A stretch of 17,308 bases of DNA from assembly GCF_000143415.4 (NCBI RefSeq), contig NW_003314313.1, forward strand, positions 1 to 17,308, written 5' to 3'. Positions 1-8,963 of the stretch are shown here, piece by piece. The notes beneath the pieces were generated by a model. It worked only from the letters and a program-made list of their open reading frames with translations. It searched no databases and was not told where the DNA came from. Position numbers and translations under genes: made by a program. Each line of letters opens with the position of its first letter. Position 1 is the stretch's first letter. Origin of the DNA: Selaginella moellendorffii. Lineage: Eukaryota > Plantae > Lycopodiophyta.

Positions 1-53
1 CCTCGAAGCTGAAGGTCCAAGATCGTGTCTGTGAGGCCGTCTCGGGAGAAGCC

Positions 54-1628
54 ATGGACGCCGCCGCCTTGAAGTTGAAGGAACTCAGGCACGAGGTGAA
101 AATCGTCTTAGAAGCGATACGACAGGAGCGAGGGCACAAGGAGCCGATCAAGCCGATCAAGCCGGAACAAGAGAAGGAGGACGAAGAGGAGAATCAAGAG
201 AAGAAAGCGGAGCAGCTGAAGGAAGAGAAGAAAGCCGAGCAGGTGAACGAGGAGGAGAAAGAAGCCGATCAGATGAAGCCGATGAAGCTGGAAGAAGAGG
301 AGGAAAAGGAAGCCGAGAAGCAGCTGAAGGAGGAGGAGCAAGAGAAGAAAGCTGAGCAGCTGAGCGAGGAGGAGCAGGAGAAAGAAGCCCATGAGACGAA
401 GGAACTCAGGCGCGAGGTGAAACAGGAGCAAGGTCACAAGGAGCAGCCGCAGCTGGAACGAGAGGAGAAGAATCAGCCGAATCAGCCGATCAAGCCGATC
501 AAGCCGATGAAGCAAGAGCAGGAACAGGAGGAGGAGCAGCGGATGAAGCCGATGAAGCAGCAGCTGGAACAAGAGGAGGAGCAGATGATCAAGCCGATGA
601 AGCAGCAGCTGGAACAAGAGGAGGAGCAGATGATCAAGCCGATCAAGCAGCCTCTGGAACGGGAAGACGATCAAGAGAAGATGAAGCAGCAGGAGAATGA
701 CAAACCCAAGCAGGAGGAGCAGCGACCCAAGCCAATTCTACTGCCAGCCGGGGGTCGTCGTCCAGGTATGGTTCCTTTTGCTTCTCGCATTCTTCTTCTA
801 CTGTGACTCACGATGGCCTTCTGGACTTGCAGGTTCCAGGCCGAAGATGGTTCGCTTCTCTTCCTCAGCGGAGGACATTCTTCCCGACGGCACCCGACGG
901 CGGAGTGAAACCCATCTTAGCGATGGCCGAGGGGGCTATGTTGAGTTCGCGTATCTCGAAGCTTTCCACAAGGCAAACCGGTGGCTAAACCAGAGGGGAA
1001 AAACCGAGAAGAAGATCCGCAGCTTGGAAGAGGAAAAGCGCGAGGAAACAGAAGAGGAGAAGCACGAGGAAAAGTCTTGGAGTGTTAGCGCGCTCCGGAT
1101 TCTGATCAGACTCACCGAGCAGCTTTACGAGGAGCTCAACGGCAAATCCAGCGACCGAGAGAGGATCAAGCGAGCGCGGAAGATGATGAGGCTCCAGAAA
1201 ATGCTGGATAGGATCCCGAGTGAGAGGAAACCGTGGAAGAAGCTTCAGTCCGGCGAGGTGGTCTTCGTGAAGGAGGCAAAAGAACTATATGATCGTGCGG
1301 GGAGAGATTTTGTTGCCGAATTCAAGAGGAGACAGGTAAGTTTGATATACCTTCCAGATTCCAGATGGCCGTTTGCTAATAACTTCCGTGTTTGTTGTAG
1401 AGAGCTGAAGTGAACGATGAGTGTTTGTTTTGTCGGAACCATGATGGCGAGAAGATGATCGGCCGGGCTGGAGCGAACTCTAAGACGACTAGACCCTGGG
1501 TTTACCTGAGAAGAGAACACGAGCAAACTGTTCTAAGCACGTCGAAGAAACGAGAAATGAAGTTGGCTCCGAGCTCGAGAAGTTGGCTGCAAGGATTGGT
1601 CAACTGGAGGCCAGTGCTCGGACTCTAG
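54..1628 (+). CDS. Glu/Gln/Lys-rich low-complexity/coiled-coil protein of unknown function; predicted exons 54-765, 833-1335, 1401-1628 (~480 aa; the frame is open upstream of 54, so it may start before the window)
   Basis: Three track ORFs (54..806, 697..1413, 1410..1628) join in frame through two canonical introns: 766-832 (GTATGG...TTGCAG, 67 nt, phase 1) and 1336-1400 (GTAAGT...TTGTAG, 65 nt, phase 0). No family recognised. The last exon overlaps decayed repeat sequence and is less certain. Confidence 0.6.
478..660 (+). repeat. Coding minisatellite: 9-nt AAGCCGATC/G (KPI/KPM) units and ~45-nt units encoding (M)IKPMKQQLEQEEEQ
   Basis: Repeated units read directly, e.g. gatcaagccgatgaagcagcagctggaacaagaggaggagcagat; peptide repeats visible in the 54..806 translation. 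Confidence 0.85.
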
Positions 1629-4600
1629 CATCGGAGAAGCCAACTCTCAAGAGTCAAATCCAGAAGTTGGATCTCCAAGCAAGTTGAGCAGCACAGGAGG
1701 AGGCCACTAAAGCTATAGACCAGTTAAGTCGAGAGAAGATCGACCTTCTCGAAGACTCGACTCCAAAGATTTGCAACTGTCCAAGACGTGAAAGCAGTGC
1801 GTGACAACCGTGTCTCAGGGCTCCAGGCGGAGAAGTCCATCACACTTCAGGCGTCTAAACAGGCCAGCGACCAGCCTCCACACTCTTCTAAGTCAAGAGA
1901 AGATCAATGGATCAAGTTTGACTACACTCTACAGTGTCTGGAGCAAGGAGGGATCTATCTTATCAGCTTTCCAGTCGACGGAGATGAGACAGGAGATACT
2001 GCTGCGGTATAATGTTCACAGCTTGAAGGAATAGTAGCAAGGGAACGACTGCAACGAGATGGTGATAGCGAGAATATGATATAGCTGAAGCTGCTCGTGA
2101 TGGTGGGGGTATTCGGATTCACAGAGAGGGCTGCAGAGACTATAAGACAGACTACACTCGACGTTCTCTGTCATCTGGTAGAGCTCTCTAGTTGACGGAG
2201 ACTTTGAAAACGGGTCAGGGCTGTCCAGGAATGCTCGTACAGCTGCTTGGATGAAAGTATCAGCAAAGAACTCAGTGTCAGATTGCTTCAAGGGAAATCA
2301 AATCCAAAAGTTGGAGCGGGAAAACTCGGAGCTGTATCCAAGGAAGTCGAGAACCACAGTAGCAGGTCACTAAAGCGTCAAGTCTGAGCTAGAGACCAGT
2401 CTCCACACTCTAAGTCGAGAGAAGATCAACGACTGGAATTGAAAGTTTCGGAGTTGTTCCAGATGGTGGCCGAGATGGAGAGTCGAAACCGGTGGTTGAC
2501 GAGGCTCCAGGCGGAGCAGTCGTCTGGAAGTGCAGCAGAGTCCATCACACTTCGGGCGTCTAAACAGGCCAGAGACCCGCCTCCACACTCTTCTAAGTCA
2601 AGAGAAGATCAATGGATCAAATTGGGCTACACTCTACAGTGTCTGGAGCAAGGAGGGATCTATCTTATCGGCTTTCCAGTGGACGGAGATGATTCAGGAG
2701 CGCCTGCTGCGGTAAGGCTGTCCATGATAGTAGCGAGGAACGACGTAAACCAGTGCCAGATGGCTGCAAGATGGCGAGACGACAATATAGCTGAAGCTGC
2801 TCGCGACTGGGGTTTCGGATGGCTGCGGAGACTATAAGACAGACTACGCTAAACGTTCTCTGTCATCTGGTGGAATGAGGTAGTGTTCGGACAGGAGCCC
2901 CAGGGCTGACGGAGTCGAACCCACTTCACGAGGTGGAGCTCTCGGTGAGGAACACGTCGAGAAGAGGATGCCGGAGTTTGGAAGCGCAAAGGCGAGGCTG
3001 GAGAAGCAAGTAACTGGCAGCTGATGGAGAGGATCACGGGGCTCGAGGCGCTCGAGGAGAGAGAGACGTGCCGGCTGCAAAGCATTGAGGAAACTGAACG
3101 AAGCATTGACGAAGGATGAAGGCTGAGGCGGAAGACAAGCCGAGGGATCAGAGAGCACAGTTGGACAGGTTGGTTGCCATGGAGCACCGAGCTCTAGAGG
3201 TTTGACGGATCAAATGGACGCTACATGCGACAAGAGCAAGCCACTCCTCAAGCTCTGTTTTTGCGTGCTCCTACTCGAGCTTCTGAGCACGATCAAGCCC
3301 TGAAGTGGCAGAAGCATTTGTCAGAGACGTCGAAGAAACGAGAATTGGAAGATCGAGTAGTCGGCTGCAAGGATTGGTCACGTCGGGGCCAGTACTCGAA
3401 CTCTAGCATTGGAGAAGCCAGCTCTCGTGAGTCAAATCCAGAACAGAGCTCCAAGTGTATTGAAATCTCCAGCAACACAGGAAAGCAGTAGCAGACCTCC
3501 AAAGCGCCAGAAACCAGCCTCCACACTCTTCTAAGTCAACAGAAGATCAACCTTTTCGAGGAGATATCCTCCCTCGACTCCAAAGTTTCGGAGCTGTACA
3601 AGACGGTGGCCCAGATGAAGCAGCTCAAGCAGTCCAAAGTGACGGTGGACGACCGTGTTTCGGAGCAGTCGGCCAGCCGGGCTCTGGAAGTGGAGCAGAG
3701 TCCATCAAATTTCGTCGTGAGACATGCGAGATGAAGCAAAAGATGAGATGCTGATATGGATCAAGACAAAGCTCTCTAGTTGACGGAATCAACGCTGTCC
3801 AGGATCGCTCTTACAGGTGCTTGGATGATAGTATATCAGCCAGGAACGATTACTCAAGAAGATGATGATGGCGAGATGATCTCGAACTCGAAGAAGCTGC
3901 TTGTGGCGGTGGAGCCAGAGCTTCGGATTCTCAAAGACTGAAAAGTGGCTGATGTTCGCCTCTGACATGCGGAGACTACAGGAGCTGGAGCGAACTCTAA
4001 GACGAAGCAACAGTCATAAAGACAAAAGATCGGACGAGTTTCATGGAACGTGGAAGCTGGTGCAAAGATTACCTGGCGATTCAGAGGTTCAATGGCCACC
4101 TTTACAATCGAGCAATCTGGACCGAGGGTACGTAGAGTCATTATCTTTTTCCTCTTCCATTTATTTCATCCGTGTTGTTAAACAGGAGAAGCAGACTATA
4201 AGCGACACACACTTTGTGGATGGTAGCTCCATTCATATTAGCAACAAATTCTACGGTATTTTTTTGTTTTTCTGCTGTGGTAATAAATCTTCTGAGCTCC
4301 TACTTAGTCCAGATCGTAGGAGGCCGTCTCTTCGAGACTAAATAAATAAAACATCTCAGAGACTACGCAAGCAGCTGCTTATTCTGGCCAACTTGTGAGT
4401 AAATAACCTTGAGAGATTATGTTTATTTTCTATTTGGAAAATAGTCTGACTGCCAACTGGCCGCCAGAAGAATATGTAAATGAGGGTGGAGCAGGACTTG
4501 AAGCAGCGAAAGATAAAACCAGCGTCAGAGATCATAAGAATCGAGCAAGTGGGAATGGAAAATCATAAGTTGATTTTAAACTTGGAGACAAAGAGAGCAG

Positions 4601-4790
4601 GCTGAAACAGCTAAGATCGAGCAGCAAAGATTGAGCAGCTTAAAGACTAAAAATTTCTTAAACCAAGCAGGGGCAGCAGCTTGAGTTTTAAGTTCGCCCA
4701 GTGGAGCAGGGGCAGCAGCTTCAAAAAGCAAAGAGGAAGCAGCTAAAGAGCAGTGACAAGTTTGATCGAGCACAGCAGCAGAATAGTCCA
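1460..4790 (+). pseudogene. Decayed, internally duplicated coiled-coil gene relics
   Basis: Short + strand stretches read as heptad-like charged peptide (ASARTLASEKPTLKSQIQKLD ~1610-1672; NQIQKLERENSEL ~2296-2335; QLMERITGLEALEERE ~3018-3066; KINLFEEISSLDSKVSELYKTVAQMKQLKQ ~3543-3632). They are broken by frameshifts and stops, and the same blocks recur several times. Confidence 0.55.
1834..2871 (+). repeat. Diverged direct repeat of ~340 bp: copy 1 at 1834-2179, copy 2 at 2539-2871
   Basis: Both copies run from agtccatcacacttc.ggcgtctaaacaggccag to acgttctctgtcatctggt. ORFs 1788..2012 and 2439..2837 share SITL.ASKQA.D.PPHSSKSREDQWIK..YTLQCLEQGGIYLI.FPVDGD. Confidence 0.9.
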
Positions 4791-5818
4791 GAATCGTGAT
4801 AGTTTTTTTTCATATCATTTTCTTTGATTTAGCTGTGAAAACGATGATTTAATGTTGAAATCTATAATGTTTCATCTATACAAAAAATTTAACATCTTCG
4901 AAAGGTCCGAGATCCGACTTTGATCCTAGAAACAAGAAACAATGATATCTAGAGCACGCTAGAAAAACTCGTGCTTGGGATCTTCTTGTACGTTCGCAAG
5001 GATTCCTGGTAAGTTTGTCCTCGTAACTTGATTAGAAAATGGATCTTACGTAGTTTGCTCCAGAGGCCATCACATAGCTCGTTAGTTGCTAGCGAGAGCT
5101 CCCAGTGGATTGAAGATCGTTCATTTGGTTGGATCGGTTCAAATTTACATGCTAAGCAACTCCACCTGTGAAATAAAAGAACAAAACATGAAAAAACAAT
5201 GATATTAATAGTGGTTCTAATCGGGAAGCAGTAGTCTGAGTAAAAGCAAAATCACATAAGACTAGAAGAATTCCAAAAATGACAATACGTGCCTTCGAAG
5301 ACGGGCATGTTGATAAAGGACGCTTTGCCTTAAATCTCCTGCTGCCTCTCCCGGTGCGGGGGCGTACGCAATGGACTGTGGGCGGAGTGGTAGCGATGGT
5401 GATAGCTGTGTCCCTGCTCGAAACAAACCTCAACCGAGAGAGAAACGAAATGCTAGAGACGATCAGACCTGCTATAGTCGCCAGCTACGTCACCAACACC
5501 GAATTCATCCCGAGAAGCTGGATTGACCAATATTCGTAGTATAAGCTTATATTATCCAACGGTACAATGAATATTCCTGAAGTCAAGCAAAGATTGCGTT
5601 CATCAAACTGTATAGTTTGCCTACTTTCTTTTGCTTGTCACCGTTTTACTTGGCTTGGAATGCAGTAAAGAAATATGGTTGTAGTTAAGCTTTGCTATAA
5701 AGCTTGAGAGAAGTTCCAATCCCAGCTTCGTTGATGCTCGAGAGCTCGCTCGGGCATCGATCATTCACTTCCCTGCACTCAATTTCGTCGTGGGTTCTCC
5801 AAATCTTTGATCGAAGAA

Positions 5819-7758
5819 ATGGCCACTGTGGGTTCTTCTCCTCGTCATGATCAAGAAGAATCTGGGAAGGAAGGTAAAGATCACGTCATTGGCAATGCCA
5901 TGATCGTCGAAAGCAATCGAGTGGATCACCAAAATCCTGTCAATGATCGTCGGTGCTCGAGGTTCCTCCGTCGCCCAGCGGTAGTACTCGCGATTTCTTT
6001 GCTATTCGTCCTCATTGTTTCCCTCTCAATCTCCCTCCCACTGGTCCTCCTCAAGAAAAAAAGGGGCGAGGAGTTCACCGTAAGCAACGCTTGCAAGTCG
6101 ACGAGGTTCCCAGACGTGTGTCTCTCCTCCCTGGCCAGATCCCAGATCGCCAAGTCCGGGCCTAGAGAACTCCTCGAGGAAACGACCAGGGCTGCGATTC
6201 AGGGCGTGGAGGAGATGCTCAATCTCACGGCCCAATTCATGAGCGATGACCACCACCACCACAGCGTCAGGGCCAAGGCCGCGTTTGACGATTGCTCCGA
6301 GCTCCTGGGAAGCGCCATCGCCGAGCTCCAGGCCTCCCTGGAGGAATTCGTGCAGGGGAGATACGAGTCCGAGATTGCTGACATCCAGACGTGGATGAGC
6401 GCGGCGTTGACCTTCCACGACACATGCATGGACGAGCTGGACGAGGTCAGCGGCGACCCAGAGGTCAAACGCCTCCGGGCCGCCGGTCAACGGGTCCAGA
6501 AGCTGATTAGCAACGCGCTGGCGCTGGTCAACCCCATGGTCGCGGCGTGGCGGGCATCCCTGGCTGCGAGAGGTCAGCGCGGGTCAGCGCCGCCAGCGCT
6601 GGTCGCCGCTGGCCGGGGCCTGGTCAACGGCGCTCACGTCGTGGACGCGGTGGTGGCGCAGGACGGGTCGGGGCAGTTTGGGCGGATCCAGGATGCGATC
6701 AACGCCGCCCCACGGATGAGCGCGCGGAGGTACGTGATCCACATCAAGGCCGGAGTCTACCGGGAGTACGTGACTGTGAGGAGTTTCCACACGAATTTGA
6801 TGTTCGTGGGCGACGGCCAGGGGAGAACAATCATCACGGGGAACAAGAATGTGATGCAACCCGGGATCACTACCAGAACGTCGGCCACAGTCGGTAAGAG
6901 AAAGTTCCATTCCAGTTGGAGTTTGCCTGATCTTATGGTTGGTTTCCTGGTCTTGGCAATCAATCCTTTGATCTTATAGTTTCGTTTCTTGGGTCCTTCC
7001 GGAGTCTATCTAGACTTTGATATTGACTAAAGAGCTTTTTCTCTTGTGTAGTTATCGAGGGGAAGAACTTCATGGCTCGAGAGCTGACCATCGAGAACAC
7101 GTCTGGTCCTCAAGCCCAGCAGGCAGTGGCACTCCGGGTTGGGGCCGATCAAGCGGCATTCTACCGCTGCTCCATCCACGGCAACCAGGACACGCTCCTT
7201 GCCCACGTCTTTCGCCAGTTTTACCGCGAGTGCACCGTCACCGGCACCGTTGACTTTGTGTTTGGCAATGCTGCCGCCGTCTTCCAGAACTGCAGCTTCG
7301 AGTCAAAGGTACCGGTCCACGGTCAACAGACGGTGGTCAGCGCTCAGGGCCGGTCAGACCCCGCCCAAAACACAGGCTTCTCGTTTCATATGTGCCGGGT
7401 TGGCGGTGCGTTTCCGGTGTATCTGGGCCGTCCATGGAAGGAGTTTGCGCGGGTCGTGTGGCTGAGATCTCAGATGGAGGCCATGGTGCAGCCACGTGGA
7501 TGGCTGAGTTGGGAAGGTAAATCAATTGAATCTATATTCATATCAATTTTCTCTTTTTCAGGAGGATCCTTTGGTCTACAGACATCATATTTTGCTGAGT
7601 ATAAGAATTGGGGACCTGGATCCAGCATGAGAGATCGAGTGAAATGGGTTAAAGTTCTCAATGGGCCTCGCCTTGCCCGGAAGTTCACTCCAAGTAGCTT
7701 CATAGCTGCACAATCTTGGTTGCCAAAGACCAGCTTTATCTTTGACTCAAAGCTCTAA
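5819..7758 (+). CDS. PME: Pectinesterase/pectinesterase inhibitor (type I, group 2 pectin methylesterase with N-terminal TM anchor, PMEI/PRO domain and CE8 catalytic domain); exons 5819-6893, 7052-7516, 7562-7758 (~578 aa)
   Basis: TM segment AVVLAISLLFVLIVSLSISLPLVLL. PMEI has four Cys (ACKSTRFPDVC, DDCSEL, QTWMSAALTFHDTC). PME motifs present: VVAQDGSG, GVYRE, QAVALRV, QDTL, DFVFG, YLGRPWK. Introns 6894-7051 (158 nt) and 7517-7561 (45 nt) are GT-AG and keep frame. Confidence 0.95.
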
Positions 7759-8364
7759 AGAATAATTGCTTAATCATGTTATGCTATATTTCTTTATAAA
7801 ATCTTTGAGCAGTTAACTTTTTTTTTGCCCTGAAGGGCACTTTTTTTCTAATTATCCATATATTTATTTCCCATATTGTGCAAAATTGGAACTTGGTTGC
7901 TATGATACTAAATTATCATAAAATATTAAATTGAAAAAGAACTTAAGAAAGTGAAAGTAAATATTATAATAGAAATAACAACTGAAAATTTTACTTAGAT
8001 TAGATTATATTTTAATTAAGAAATGTATCTTCTAGTTACATACACAACAAAAAGGCATTCTTAAAGCACAACAAGTTTACAATCAAGGTTTTTTTACATT
8101 TTCATTAGTTGATATTAATCTTTTATTATATGCATCTAAAAAACATTGAAGTGAGAATTATTTTAAATTTTTATACAAACCAGTTACAATAAAAGTAATA
8201 AAATTTTATAATTTAAAAATAATCCATATATCTCTTTAGCTTTCATAAGCATGAAATTACAAACTTTATAATTAAAATTTAGGGTTTAATTAATTTTTGT
8301 TTACCATCACTGTGTTTAATTAAAAAATGAATCTTTGCATATATATAGTTTAATTTGTATATAT

Positions 8365-8435
8365 AGGTTGCACCAGGATTCGAACTCGGCTCTTGGATTC
8401 AAAGTCCAATGTCGTAACCAGTAGACTATGGGACC
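8365..8435 (-). tRNA. trnQ-UUG: tRNA-Gln (anticodon TTG), degenerate and possibly a pseudogene
   Basis: Reverse complement is GGTCCCA TA GTCTACTGGTTACGAC A TTGGA CTTTGAA TCCAA GAG CCGAG TTCGAAT CCTGG TGCAACC T. It has a perfect anticodon stem, a TTG anticodon, a GTTCGAATC B-box and a TGG D-loop, and resembles plant cytosolic tRNA-Gln. Acceptor stem has 2 mismatches and T-stem has 1. A T6 tract lies ~38 nt downstream (8322-8327 on the minus strand). Confidence 0.8.
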
Positions 8436-8963
8436 ATTTCTGATAATTAACTAATAGTTAGGTTTGTAGCCCTAAGAAGTTTGAAATTTGAAAAGATAGC
8501 GCGGCTTTCGAGGGCGGGCAGGCATTTACTGCGACTGCGCCCTGCAAGCACGGTAATTACGTAGCTACGTTGAAAAGGACGCGTAGGGATTCCTATTTTT
8601 TACTGACTCTTGTGTTTTTTACCACTAAGATCCCTGGCCTGACTAGACTGACCCTTCACACCTTGTTTGCTGGGTCTTTGTCTTTCCCTCCATAGCTGGC
8701 TTTGAATGAAAGCTTATAGATTGAAACGATCCATCGTCCCTCCAAACGCTTTGATCAAAGAAAACTATGGCTCGCGCATGGGGATTCTCTGCCGCTGTCT
8801 CTCTTTCCGCAAAGATTGTCGAGAGAGACTGCTCGATCTTGGCGTTTGGCCATCGCCCGGTGAGGAGAGATTTAAAGAGGAAGTGAAAGGGTTTTCATTT
8901 TTTTGTTTCTGTAAGATTTTTGTCTTGTTGGAGTGAATGGATTGAGATAAGAGCTCCAGAGTT

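Noticed and set aside
108-674. 188-aa Leu-rich minus-strand ORF
   Set aside because: Antisense shadow of the GAG/AAG/CAG-rich repeat exon on the plus strand.
1788-2837. ORFs 1788..2012 and 2439..2837 as a pair of real paralogous genes
   Set aside because: Their similarity simply reflects the DNA duplication. They have non-ATG starts, and the coiled-coil frame appears to be the ancestral one.
1871-3550. Recurring ~35-bp word as a CRISPR-like array
   Set aside because: Spacing is irregular (hundreds of bp), the flanks are also homologous, the context is eukaryotic and there are no cas genes.
5926-7703. Alternative-frame and antisense ORFs over the PME
   Set aside because: Expected by-products of GC-rich coding sequence; no motifs.
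7826-7847. TGCCCT-GA-AGGGCA hairpin plus T-tract resembling a rho-independent terminator
   Set aside because: Lies in a plant nuclear 3' UTR; a 6-bp stem is at chance level.
8280-8287. Telo-box (AAACCCTA on the minus strand)
   Set aside because: Single 8-mer in AT-rich DNA, ~680 bp from the next ATG, with no supporting site II motifs seen.
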